Assembly (NCBI GenBank): GCA_963754315.1
Contig: CAVWFS010000015.1
Coordinates: 86,207 to 150,206 of the forward strand
DNA: 64,000 bases
Direction: 5' to 3'
Source of the DNA: an uncultured Candidatus Rokubacteria bacterium
GTDB lineage: Bacteria > Methylomirabilota > Methylomirabilia > Rokubacteriales > CSP1-6
Shown here: positions 37,601 through 47,198 of the stretch, in pieces
Numbering within the stretch: the stretch's first letter is position 1
How the letters are laid out: the number at the start of each line of letters is the position of its first letter
Position numbers and translations under genes: made by a program
Notes under the pieces: generated by a model
Database searches by the model: none
What the model was told of the DNA's origin: nothing
Seen by the model: the letters and a program-made list of their open reading frames with translations, nothing else

Positions 37601-40225
37601 TCAGCGAGAACTATAGATCCGACGATACTCGTCCCAGGATAGCATGACACGCTTGACATAGTGGCGCGTCTCGTCGAACGGGATCTCCTCGACCCAGACT
37701 TCGATGTCGTCGTTGCGGCGCGCTTGCCACCACTGGCGTGCCCGCCGGGGACCGGCATTGTACGCGGCCAGTGCGAGCCGGGGATCGGTGAATTCCCGCA
37801 GGAGCTGCCCGAGGAAGCTCGTCCCGAGCTCGATGTTGGCCGCCGGCTCGTCGAGCAGGTCGCCCCCTCGGAAAGACCAGCCTCGCCCCGCCACCATGGG
37901 CTGGGCGGTGCTCGGCATGAGCTGCATGAGCCCGCGTGCCCCCGCTCGCGATACCGCGGCCGGATGGTAGCTCGACTCCTCACGAACCACCGCGGCCACG
38001 AGGCACGGATCGAGTCCCACGCGCTCGGCGGACTCTGTCACCTCCACACGCCAAGGCCACGGATAGAGGAGCTCCCAGAACGCGCGTGGAATTGCCGGGT
38101 GCCCGCTCGTGGCGAGCCCGGCGAAGTTTCTCCGCATGACTCGCAGTGCCAGGTGATGGCGCTCACCATCGACGTAGGCTCGGCTGAGCCCGTAGAGTCG
38201 AACGGTGTCGCCCGCCGAGCGCTGTACGACATCCGCGAGCTCGACGAGAGCCAGCTCGCCAAGGCCGACCCGGCGGAGCAGCTCGACGCGCTCGAAGCCC
38301 GGGTCGCCGGCGACGGCGTCTCGCGGGTTGGCAGGCAGACGCAAAGACGGTTCAGGGGGATCGTGAACGGCCGCTCGTGAGCCTGCCAGGCGGCGCTCGG
38401 CCAAGAGCCCGTAATAGCTGCGGGGCGCCTCGCTGATGACGCGCTGATACGCTCGCTGGGCCGGCTCGCGCGCGCCCAGCTGGTCCTTGGCACGTCCAGT
38501 CCAGTACAGCGCGGCTAACCGGTGAGCACGACTACCCGGCATCTCGGTGAGATGCGTCCAGCTCAGCGCCGCCGCACTCACGTCGCCACGGACGTAGGAC
38601 AGCCAGCCCAGGCGCCAGAGAGCATTCGCGCTCGCCTCGCGGGCAGGAAAGCGCCGGACCAACGCGCGATAGGAGTCCTCGGCGAGCGACTCGCGGCGCC
38701 GATCCTCGAAGAGGCGCGCTTGCAGATACATGGCCTCCGCCGCCTCGGCGTCTGGCCCCGTCCCGATCACCACGGTCAGGACCTTGTGCGCGCCATCCTT
38801 GTTACCGCTCCGGCTGAGAAGCCGGGCCTGTTCGAGCTGGAGTGCACTTTTCTGTTCGACGGGAGCCCGCGCCACGGCCGACTCGATGGCACGCACAGCC
38901 GCATCGTAACGACCGAGCCGCTGCGAAGCGTCCGCGGCGAGCTTGAGCGCGCGCACGACGATGCTGACATCCTGAGCATCGGCGGCGAGGCGGTCAGCCT
39001 CGTCTGCCGCGGCCTGGGGCACACCTCCGCGAAGCAGACGGTCCGCGCGATCAAGGCGTTGCTGGGGCGACAGCGGCGCGATGCGGACACCCCCGCGGGC
39101 GAGCGCGGACAGACGGTCTCCGGCGGCCGAGGCGTACGCCCCGGCCGGGGCGATCAGAGTAAGCTCGCGATAGGCCGCCGCCGCTGACTCGAGCTGCCCT
39201 CGTCCTTCGGCCGTCATGCCCAGCAGGTACAAGGCCTCCGGCACCTCCTCGGCATCGGGATAGTCGGCGATCAGCTTCACGATCGCCTCCTGGGCTCCCG
39301 CCTCGTCGCCGGCGCGCGAGCTTGCCCATGCCGCCACCAGCAGTGCGCGGGGTGCCAGCCGGCTATCGCGATGGTGCGTCGCCACGCTCAGCGCCAATTC
39401 ACGTGACGCGGTCCAGTTCTCGCGTCGTGCGAAGGCATCGGCGAGCAGCCACCGCACGTAGTCTGCGATGGGGCTGGCCAGCGCAGCTGGCGCATTGACT
39501 TGGTCGAGAAGCGGGCTCATATCACCCGCCTGGTAGGCGGCGATCGCCTGGGCCCACGTCCGTTCCTGCGCCGCCATCACCGGCGGGTCGGCCGCGCTCG
39601 CGGTCGGGCTGAGGAGGACCGTCGCGATCAGCACGCAGCGGGGGATGGCCGCCGGGCGGGTCGCGCGCCAGGTGAAGGCGATGCGCTGAAGCGCGGTGAG
39701 ATTGGCGAGGACAGCCAGAACCCACAGGGCCGGTTCCAGCACGTCCAGCAGGGCACCCAGGATCAGGCAGATCATCCGCTCGGGGCGCTCCATGAATCCG
39801 ATCGTACACTCGACCCCAATCGACGATGCCCGGGCCTTCGTGTAGCTGACCATCACCGATCCCACCAGACCGGCCATGGCCACCAGGGCCCCGCGCGTGT
39901 GTGGTGTGCGGGCGAACAGGACGACGATGGCGAGAAGCACCACGATGTCCGAGTAGCGATCGATCACCGAGTCCAAAAAGGCCCCGAATGGCGTCACCAT
40001 CCCGGAGGCACGGGCCAGGGAGCCGTCGAAGAAGTCGCAGAGACCCGCGATCACGAGGAGTACTCCCCCCGTCCGGATGTGGCCGGTCACGATGGCGGCA
40101 GCCGCCACCAAGCTGACGCCAAGCCCGATGAGCGTGAGGTGATTCGGTCGGAGGTGCAGGCGGACGAGGCTCCGCCCGACAGGGTCCGACCAGACGCGAG
40201 CCGTCTCGCGGTAACGACTGATCAT
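37601..40225 (-). CDS. 874-aa ORF: N-terminal CDP-alcohol phosphatidyltransferase (PgsA-like) membrane domain fused in frame to TPR repeats and a C-terminal SLT lytic transglycosylase domain
   Basis: N-terminus MISRYRETARVW...DFFDGSLARASGMVTPFGAFLDSVIDRYSD (DG-x2-AR-x8-G-x3-D-x3-D). There is no in-frame stop before CVLIATVLLSPTASAADPP (signal-peptide-like) ... C-terminal ESSYHPAAVSRAGARGLMQLMPSTA...AYNAGP (SLT). The start is 4 nt after the glnD stop. Confidence 0.7.
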   Translation of the reverse strand: MISRYRETARVWSDPVGRSLVRLHLRPNHLTLIGLGVSLVAAAAIVTGHIRTGGVLLVIAGLCDFFDGSLARASGMVTPFGAFLDSVIDRYSDIVVLLAIVVLFARTPHTRGALVAMAGLVGSVMVSYTKARASSIGVECTIGFMERPERMICLILGALLDVLEPALWVLAVLANLTALQRIAFTWRATRPAAIPRCVLIATVLLSPTASAADPPVMAAQERTWAQAIAAYQAGDMSPLLDQVNAPAALASPIADYVRWLLADAFARRENWTASRELALSVATHHRDSRLAPRALLVAAWASSRAGDEAGAQEAIVKLIADYPDAEEVPEALYLLGMTAEGRGQLESAAAAYRELTLIAPAGAYASAAGDRLSALARGGVRIAPLSPQQRLDRADRLLRGGVPQAAADEADRLAADAQDVSIVVRALKLAADASQRLGRYDAAVRAIESAVARAPVEQKSALQLEQARLLSRSGNKDGAHKVLTVVIGTGPDAEAAEAMYLQARLFEDRRRESLAEDSYRALVRRFPAREASANALWRLGWLSYVRGDVSAAALSWTHLTEMPGSRAHRLAALYWTGRAKDQLGAREPAQRAYQRVISEAPRSYYGLLAERRLAGSRAAVHDPPEPSLRLPANPRDAVAGDPGFERVELLRRVGLGELALVELADVVQRSAGDTVRLYGLSRAYVDGERHHLALRVMRRNFAGLATSGHPAIPRAFWELLYPWPWRVEVTESAERVGLDPCLVAAVVREESSYHPAAVSRAGARGLMQLMPSTAQPMVAGRGWSFRGGDLLDEPAANIELGTSFLGQLLREFTDPRLALAAYNAGPRRARQWWQARRNDDIEVWVEEIPFDETRHYVKRVMLSWDEYRRIYSSR

Positions 40226-40229
40226 GTGC

Positions 40230-42911
40230 TCAGAGGGGCCGCGCCAACGCGTCGCGCAGCGACGCGCGAATCCGCTCGACGACCCCGGTGTCTTCGATCT
40301 TCTGCCCCTGACCGTTGGTCACATAGAAGGTATCGACCGCCTTGTCGATCTCGGTGGCGATGCGCGCACTGGTGATATCGAGACCGAGGGCGGCCAGGGT
40401 AGCCGTGATCAGGTAGAGGAGACCCACCCGATCGGGACACTTCACTTCCACGACGGTGGCGACGTCGGACAGCTGGTTATCGACGACTATGCGGGGCGGG
40501 CCCGCCACGGTCGTGGGCTCTCCCTGCGCAGGGCGCCGGCTTTCCAGCAAGGTCTCCACGGTGCGGTCACCCGCGATCACGGCACGAAGGGCGTCCAGGG
40601 TCCGCGTCCAGCGCGCCGCCGCGGAGAGGGGTTCGCCCATAGGATCGTTCACCTGAAGGGTATCAATGGCAACGCCGTCCGCCCGGGTGTGAATCTGGGC
40701 GGAGATGATGTTGACCCGGTTGGCGGCCAGGGTCCCCGTGATGAGGGAGAAGAGACCGGACACGTCCCGCGCCACCACCACCAGGTCGGAGGAACCGAGG
40801 TCAGGGTGGTGGAACAGCTCGGTCACCACCGGTTGCTCCTCCAGACGCCGCAGCATGGCCAGATGCTCGGCCATGCGTTGCACACTGGTCGTCGTCAGAT
40901 AGCGATCGGAAACCATGGCCACGTGCGCCCGCACCGCTTGCCGGGGCACGTCGTCGCCCGCGTGCGCCTGGAGCCGCTCCACGAGCTGTTGGCGCGCCGG
41001 CCCTTGCTGGTGCCCGCCCGTGAGCTGGGCCAAGGTCCGCGCGAACAGCTCGTGGAGGATCTTCGCCTGCCAGCCAGTGAGCACACCTGGGCCCACGGCG
41101 CGCATGTCGGCGTAGGTCAGGAGATAGAGCATACGCAGACGCTGGGGGGTCTCGGCAATGGCCGCGAAGTTGGAGATGGTGCGGGGATCGTCGATGTCAC
41201 GCCGCTGAGCCACGTGGGACATACTGAGGTGATGGGCAACCAGGAATTCGACGAGGCTCGCTTCCTCCGTGGGAAGGTCGAGACGCGTGGTGAGTTGCCG
41301 CACAAGGGGGATTCCCTTGGCGACGTGCCCATGCCCCTTGGCCTTGCCGATGTCGTGCAGCAGCATGCCCAGCATGAGTAACTCGGGCTTCTCCACCTCA
41401 TGAAAGACGAGGGCTGCTCCCTCCGATTCCGCCGACTGCCCGGGGGCCAGCGCTTCCAGATGCTGCACGGCCAGGAGTGAGTGCTGGTCGGCCGAGAACT
41501 TGTGGTAGACGTCGTACTGCACGAGACAGGTGAGGGCCCCGAACTCGGGAAGGTAACGCCCGAGCACACCCAACTCGTGCATTTCGGAGAGCGTCTCGCC
41601 AATCCGCCCCCACCGCCGACAGATGTCGAGGAAGACGTCCCGCACACGAGGGTCCTGCTGCACACGCTCGTCGATCGCCTCGACGGCTTCCTCGATCGCC
41701 CGCTCGAGGTCCGGAGACAGCGTGCACCCCAGCCGATGCATGTGCCAGAAGACCTTCATGAGCCGAGCGGGCTCGGCCGTCAGATCCCTCGGATCGCGAT
41801 CGGCCAGATGCAGAGCGCCGTCCAGGAAAACGAGGCCATCGGCGAGGGCCTGTTGGCGCTGGCGCCGCCCGGCCCCCCCCCGTTGCGCGAGCGTGTCCTG
41901 GCAACGCGCGATCAGACGGCGCGACAACCGGTGGATCGTCCGCGCGTGAAGGTAATAATCGCGCATGAAACGCTCGACCCCCAGGCTCTGCTCGGTATCC
42001 TCGTAACCACCAAAGGCCTTGGCGATTTGCGGCTGCAGGTCCCGGGACAGCACGTCGTTCTTGTGGCCGGCCAGGAAGTGAAGCTCGTTGCGTACGCGCC
42101 AGAGAAAGGTCAGGGCGGCGTCGGTGGCGGCCCGCTCGCCAGGGGTGATGAGACCCTTGTCGGCCAGCTCGCGCAGGGTGCGGGCGCCGAACTTGGCCGA
42201 GCTCAGCCACATGGCGGTGTGCATGTCGCGCAACCCGCCCGCCGACTCCTTGACGTTCGGCTCGCCAATATAGGGCGAGGCGCCGAACTTGCGGTAGCGC
42301 TGGTCGCGCTCGGTCAGGGTCGTGGCCAGGAACTCGCCAAAATCGCGGCGAAAGAGGCTTTCGCGGAGATCGTGGCGGAAACGGTTGAAGAGCCGGCGAC
42401 TGCCCGCGACGAGGCGAGCTGCCTGCATGGAGGTGAGGCTCGGGAAGTCCGTGCGCGCGATGGCCACGCAATCGTCCAGGGAGCGCAGGCTATGGCCGAT
42501 CTGCAGCGACAGGTCCCACAGGGTGTAGAGCAGCTCCTGGGTGACGCGGTGAACGTAGGGCGTGCGCTCTCCCTCGTACACGACCATGAGGTCGATGTCC
42601 GAGGAGGGGTGTAGCTCCCCGCGTCCGTAGCCGCCCAGGGCCGCCACCACCAGCGGAGCCGGCGCCAGGCCAGCCGCCGCCGCGTCGGACGCGATCAGCC
42701 GGGTGAGGGCCCTGATGATCGCGTCGATGAACTCGGCGTGCGCGCGGACGGATTCCCCTCCCGACGCGCCCTCAGCATGCTTGAGCTTGAGAGACTCCAG
42801 CCCCTCAGCGAGGGCGGCGCGGAAAAATTCGAGTCGCAGACGGCGCCGATCGTCGGTGCGTTCGGCCTTAGCCTCGGCACGTCGGGCCCGGCGGAACAGC
42901 TCGGGCGGCAT
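40230..42911 (-). CDS. glnD: [protein-PII] uridylyltransferase/uridylyl-removing enzyme GlnD
   Basis: About 890 aa with nucleotidyltransferase, HD (HDIGK) and two C-terminal ACT domains. Start is taken at ATG 42911 (MPPELF...). Confidence 0.85.
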   Translation of the reverse strand: MPPELFRRARRAEAKAERTDDRRRLRLEFFRAALAEGLESLKLKHAEGASGGESVRAHAEFIDAIIRALTRLIASDAAAAGLAPAPLVVAALGGYGRGELHPSSDIDLMVVYEGERTPYVHRVTQELLYTLWDLSLQIGHSLRSLDDCVAIARTDFPSLTSMQAARLVAGSRRLFNRFRHDLRESLFRRDFGEFLATTLTERDQRYRKFGASPYIGEPNVKESAGGLRDMHTAMWLSSAKFGARTLRELADKGLITPGERAATDAALTFLWRVRNELHFLAGHKNDVLSRDLQPQIAKAFGGYEDTEQSLGVERFMRDYYLHARTIHRLSRRLIARCQDTLAQRGGAGRRQRQQALADGLVFLDGALHLADRDPRDLTAEPARLMKVFWHMHRLGCTLSPDLERAIEEAVEAIDERVQQDPRVRDVFLDICRRWGRIGETLSEMHELGVLGRYLPEFGALTCLVQYDVYHKFSADQHSLLAVQHLEALAPGQSAESEGAALVFHEVEKPELLMLGMLLHDIGKAKGHGHVAKGIPLVRQLTTRLDLPTEEASLVEFLVAHHLSMSHVAQRRDIDDPRTISNFAAIAETPQRLRMLYLLTYADMRAVGPGVLTGWQAKILHELFARTLAQLTGGHQQGPARQQLVERLQAHAGDDVPRQAVRAHVAMVSDRYLTTTSVQRMAEHLAMLRRLEEQPVVTELFHHPDLGSSDLVVVARDVSGLFSLITGTLAANRVNIISAQIHTRADGVAIDTLQVNDPMGEPLSAAARWTRTLDALRAVIAGDRTVETLLESRRPAQGEPTTVAGPPRIVVDNQLSDVATVVEVKCPDRVGLLYLITATLAALGLDITSARIATEIDKAVDTFYVTNGQGQKIEDTGVVERIRASLRDALARPL

Positions 42912-42990
42912 TTCGAGCACGAGCGTAACAGCCGCCCACAAAGACTGTCAAACTCGGCGCCGACTTACTAGAATCGAGACCGTGCGCTCC

Positions 42991-44082
42991 CGCTGGCGAC
43001 CCGTTCTTGACCGCATCACGCCGTATCCGTCTGGCAAGTCGCTCGAGGCCCTGGCCGCGGACCTCGGGATCGCGGACCTGGTGCGGCTGTCTGCCAACGA
43101 GAGCGCGCTTGGTCCCTCGCCGCGAGTGGTGGCGGCCATCGCGCGGGAGGCGGGCCGTGCACACCTGTACCCGGACGGGGGCAGCACCGCGCTGCGCGAG
43201 GCCCTGGGCCGGCGCCTCGGGGTGGCGCCCGGGCGGATCGTTGTCGGCAACGGCGGCGACGAGCTTCTGTCGATGATCGGAGGCGCGGCGCTGGAAGCGG
43301 GCGACGAAGTCGTGCTGCCGTACCCCTCGTTCGAGCCCTATACGACGGTGGCCCTGCTCGGTGGCGCCCGCCCGGTGACGAGCCCGCTCGCCGGATACGA
43401 AACCGACCTTGACGACATGCGGCGACGGATCACGGTGCGTACCAAGGTCGTGTTCATCTGCTCTCCTCACAACCCGGCCGCCACCATCGTCCGTCGCGCT
43501 CCGCTTCTCGCGTTCCTCGATTCGCTCGGAGCCGAGCCACCGCTGGTCGTGCTCGACGAGGCCTACCGCGACTTCTGTGACGACCCTGAGTACCCGGACG
43601 GCGTGACCCTCCTCGCCGACCGTCCGTACCTGCTCGTGCTCCGGACCTTTTCCAAGATCGCGGGCCTGGCCGGCCTGAGGGTGGGCTACGTCGTGGCCAG
43701 CGTGGAGGCCGTGGACCGTCTCAACCGCGTGCGGGCGCCGTACAACGTGAACCGCCTCGGGCAGGTGGCCGCGCTGGCCGCCCTGGAGGACGAAGGCCAT
43801 TGGAGGAAGACCCGGCAGCTCGTGCTCGACGAGCGTGAATTCCTCTCCCGGGAGCTGGCCCGTCGTGGCTTCGTCTTTCCGCCGTCCCAGGCCAACTTCC
43901 TGCTCGTGAAGGTGCCGGACGCGCCGCAGGCGCAGGCACGACTGCTCCGGGCCGGGCTCCTCGTGCGGGACGGGAGCGGCGTGGGCTTTGCCAATCACCT
44001 GCGCATCGCGGTGGGCCTGCGCGAGACGAACGAACGTGTGCTCGAGGTGCTGGATGCGATGAACACCGCGGGACCTTCTTAG
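42991..44082 (+). CDS. hisC: histidinol-phosphate aminotransferase
   Basis: ...ITPYPSGKS...LSANESALGPSP...PDGGSTALREALGRRLGV...FSKIAGLAGLRVGY (PLP-Lys region). GTG start assumed at 42991. The track ORF start at 42703 is an extension. Confidence 0.8.
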   Translation, partial: RWRPVLDRITPYPSGKSLEALAADLGIADLVRLSANESALGPSPRVVAAIAREAGRAHLYPDGGSTALREALGRRLGVAPGRIVVGNGGDELLSMIGGAALEAGDEVVLPYPSFEPYTTVALLGGARPVTSPLAGYETDLDDMRRRITVRTKVVFICSPHNPAATIVRRAPLLAFLDSLGAEPPLVVLDEAYRDFCDDPEYPDGVTLLADRPYLLVLRTFSKIAGLAGLRVGYVVASVEAVDRLNRVRAPYNVNRLGQVAALAALEDEGHWRKTRQLVLDEREFLSRELARRGFVFPPSQANFLLVKVPDAPQAQARLLRAGLLVRDGSGVGFANHLRIAVGLRETNERVLEVLDAMNTAGPS

Positions 44083-44459
44083 CGCGGTCGCCTCGATGCG
44101 GTCGGCCGGCGCCCAGCCGCCAGCCGTCGCTCGAGCTGCTCCACGCGGCGCGCCAGCTCGTCGCGCTCGGCGCGGAGGGTCTTGACGTGCTGCTCACGCT
44201 GCGCCTGATGCTGCTCGATCTGGGCGAGCTTCTCGTGGAGTCGAGCCTCCTGCGCGTACAGCGTCTTCAGCTCGGCCTCCAGGTGTCGCGCGCGGTGCTT
44301 GGCCGGCAAGAAGCCGGCGAAGAGCACGTAGAGCATGAGGGCGGCGAACAGCACGCTGGCCGCGACGAGGAACCACGGGACGGCTGCGCGCACGCGATCC
44401 GCCACCGGCCGCCATACTAGCAGAATGTCCCGAGATATCGGGGTGGCCGGTGCTATCAT
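44079..44459 (-). CDS. small membrane protein with coiled coil (FtsB/DivIC-like septum-formation-initiator type), tentative
   Basis: 126 aa from ATG 44459: TM segment AAVPWFLVAASVLFAALMLYVLFAGFL, then a heptad-rich LEAELKTLYAQEARLHEKLAQIEQHQ... The rest of track ORF 44079..44798 looks non-coding. Confidence 0.4.
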   Translation of the reverse strand: MIAPATPISRDILLVWRPVADRVRAAVPWFLVAASVLFAALMLYVLFAGFLPAKHRARHLEAELKTLYAQEARLHEKLAQIEQHQAQREQHVKTLRAERDELARRVEQLERRLAAGRRPTASRRPR

Positions 44460-44991
44460 CGATTCCTCAGAGGGACGCGTGGAGCTCAGACGTTTCTTCG
44501 ATCGGGCCATTCGCGCCAGCTTCTCCGACCTGGCTTTCCGCGACGATCCAGTGGTGCCGTACCTGGCCGATCTGCTGACGCGATTCGCGCGCACCGAGAA
44601 TCTGTTCCCGCGCGGAGCCACCGTGCCACGGCTGGAGACGGTGGTGGACATGGTCTCGGAGATCCACGGATTCTGGCAGGAGGAGGCCTCGTCGTTCCGA
44701 CCCGAGCGCGAAGTGTCCCTCCGACGCCACATCGGTGACTTCACCCTGTTCATGATCGGGATCTTTCGAGAACGGGTGGAGCGGTCCGCGTCGACCACCT
44801 ACTACATCGTCGAGGGCAAGCGCGCCTATCGCTTCGTGTCCGAGCACGCGCGGGCGAGCGACCGTCAGCCCACGCCGTACCATCGCCTGGCTGACCGCTT
44901 CGAGAACTACGCGCGCGTGCTCGACTACACCCGCCGTGTCCACTTCTTCGATCACCCGGCGCACCCGTTCTTTCGTCTGGACGGCACATGA
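44425..44991 (+). CDS. hypothetical protein (188 aa)
   Basis: ATG 44425. Balanced composition (…ENLFPRGATVPRLETVVDMVSEIHGFWQEE…YYIVEGKRAYRFVSEH…). The stop overlaps the next start (ATGA). Confidence 0.5.
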   Translation: MSRDIGVAGAIIDSSEGRVELRRFFDRAIRASFSDLAFRDDPVVPYLADLLTRFARTENLFPRGATVPRLETVVDMVSEIHGFWQEEASSFRPEREVSLRRHIGDFTLFMIGIFRERVERSASTTYYIVEGKRAYRFVSEHARASDRQPTPYHRLADRFENYARVLDYTRRVHFFDHPAHPFFRLDGT

Positions 44992-46133
44992 CGTCCCCGA
45001 ACGCCGGGGACGCCGCCCGAGGAATCCTGAACGCTGCCCTCGGCACGGACGGTCAGATCGCACCGGCCGCGCTGACCAGCATCGCCGAGCTGACGGCCGA
45101 AGTGCTCGACGAGATGCTTCGAGCCTTCGCCGCCGACGAGGGCGCCGCCGCTCTCCCCGTGCTCTCGACCCTCTCGGAGAAAGCGTCTCGCCCCGTTCGG
45201 CGCGCCGCCAAGCTCGCCTTGTATCGTCTGGCTCAGCAGGGAGTCGTCGCCCCGCGCCCGACATCAGCCCGTCACGTCGTCGAGCGTGAGGCCGAGCGGC
45301 CGACCCGAGCGTGGATCTCCGCGGTCGACGGCACCGGGTCGCGGGCGGCCTGGATCCTCTTCCAGGGATCGTTTGGCGGGGGCGCCCTGTGTTCCCTGAT
45401 CTTCAGCGATACGATCGGGATCGTCGAGGTTGCCGGTGGCGATATCACCAAGAAGCGCTTCGAGCGCGAACTCGGTGCGCTGCGACAGTCGCAAACCCTG
45501 CCGTGGGTCGAGACCGACCCCGTGCGCGTCGTCAGGCTGGTGGGAGAATCACTGGCGCTGCACGCGGCGCTCGGGACGTCTCCTCCCCCTGCGTTCGCCC
45601 GCTGGAAGACAGCGTTTGCCTCCGTCGACGCCGCGCCCGCCCATGACGTCCCCGACCCGAGCCCGGCGGCACCGCTCGATCCCGCCCTGCTGGAACGCTC
45701 GGCTGCCTTGCTCGATCTCCCGGAGTTTGCGGGGTGGTTCCTCGATCCGGAGGCGCTTCAGAGCGATTCCGTCGCGCTGCTACAGACTCGCGAGAGCCGG
45801 CTGGTCGTCTCCGATCACGTCAAGGCCGAGCGCGAGTCAGCCATCGTGGACGGCGTCATCGTGCGTGAGCTGACGCCCCAGGCGCGCCGGCGATGGGCAC
45901 GGCGCCTGGAGGAGATGGCGCTGATTCTGGCGTCGACCGATCGCCCCGAGCCGGCGACGTGGGCCGCGGCCGCCGCCGCCGGGCTGCGCGACGAGGCGCG
46001 CGAGGTCATTCGCCATCCGTTGATCCAGGCGTTGGCGCGACGCGGGCTGGACGTGGCGGCCGAGGTCACGCTCGGTCGCCGCAAGCTTGCCGACGTCAGC
46101 CGCACGCCGAGCCCCACGACGTCGGTGAGGTGA
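44988..46133 (+). CDS. hypothetical protein (381 aa), Ala/Leu-rich helical-repeat-like
   Basis: Translationally coupled to the upstream and downstream genes. No recognised family. Confidence 0.55.
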   Translation: MTSPNAGDAARGILNAALGTDGQIAPAALTSIAELTAEVLDEMLRAFAADEGAAALPVLSTLSEKASRPVRRAAKLALYRLAQQGVVAPRPTSARHVVEREAERPTRAWISAVDGTGSRAAWILFQGSFGGGALCSLIFSDTIGIVEVAGGDITKKRFERELGALRQSQTLPWVETDPVRVVRLVGESLALHAALGTSPPPAFARWKTAFASVDAAPAHDVPDPSPAAPLDPALLERSAALLDLPEFAGWFLDPEALQSDSVALLQTRESRLVVSDHVKAERESAIVDGVIVRELTPQARRRWARRLEEMALILASTDRPEPATWAAAAAAGLRDEAREVIRHPLIQALARRGLDVAAEVTLGRRKLADVSRTPSPTTSVR

Positions 46134-47110
46134 TCACCCGCGTCCCCGGCATTCGCGTCGGCCACGCGACCGATACCGCTGCCCTGACCGGGGTCACTGT
46201 CGTGCTGTGCGATCGTCCCGGTATCGCCGCGGTGGAGCTGAGGGGCGGTGCCAACGACGTGATCGGACTCGACTACCTCGATGCCCGCCACCTGGTTCCG
46301 ACCGTGAACGGTATCGTCCTCGGGGGGGGCAGCCGATTCGGGGGGGAGGCCATCTGGGGCGTCCTGCGCTATCTCGAAGAGCGCGGCACCGGATTCGCGG
46401 CCGGACCCGCGGTGATCCCTCACGTGCCCGGCGCCTTCCTGTTCGACCTCGGCGTGGGCGACGGACGCGTTCGCCCGACGCGGGAGATGGGCTATGCAGC
46501 CGCGGCCGCGAGCACGAGGAGCGACCCCGCAGAGGGTAACGTGGGGGCGGGCACGGGGGCCAGCATCGGCAAGCTCTTCGGGATCACCCGAGCCATGCGA
46601 GGCGGCATCGGCTCCGCGAGTGTGGCTGTGGGCGACGCCGTGGTGGGCGCCATCGTGGCCGTCAATGCCGTCGGTGACGTCCGCGATCCCGACACGGGTA
46701 GGTTGATCGCGGGCACGCGCGCAGCGCCCGACAGTCTGCGTCTGAGCGACTCGGCGGCGCTGCTGCGTTCGACGGTTGCCCTCGGGCGCTTTGCCGCGCC
46801 CCAGAACACGACCATCGGCATCGTCGCCACCAACGCTCAGCTCGGCAAAGCGCAAGCGGCCAAGGTGGCCGCGCTGGCTTTCCTCGGCTTCGCCCGCGCG
46901 CTCTCCCCGCCCCACACCGCGTTCGACGGCGATACCTTGTTCGTTCTCTCCGTGGGGGACGTGCCCGTCGATCTGACCCGGCTGGGGTTAGCCGCGGCCG
47001 ATACGGTCGCCCACGCCATCGCCCGGAGCGTGAGGGCGGCCACGCCCCTGCCTGTCCTTCCTGCCGCCTGCCAGCTTACGGACCCTGGTGCGGCTACGCG
47101 GGAGTCCTGA
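46128..47110 (+). CDS. P1/S58 family peptidase (DmpA-like L-aminopeptidase/D-esterase)
   Basis: VITRVPGIRVGHATD...GVTVVLCDRP...GGANDVIGLDYL...AGTGASIGKLFG (self-processing G-S/T region). GTG 46128 with ggtgagg RBS, overlapping the upstream stop. Confidence 0.75.
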
Positions 47111-47198
47111 GGAGTAGCCAAGACAACTCCGCCAGGGCCTGGTGTGGGCCCGTCCCGCTCAGCAGCGGGGCGAACGCCGAGAGCCGGCGCCACGTCCG

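Noticed and set aside
40224-42614. Several 250-400-aa plus-strand ORFs (40224..41381, 41481..42614)
   Set aside because: They are antisense to glnD, whose HD and nucleotidyltransferase motifs are unambiguous on the minus strand.
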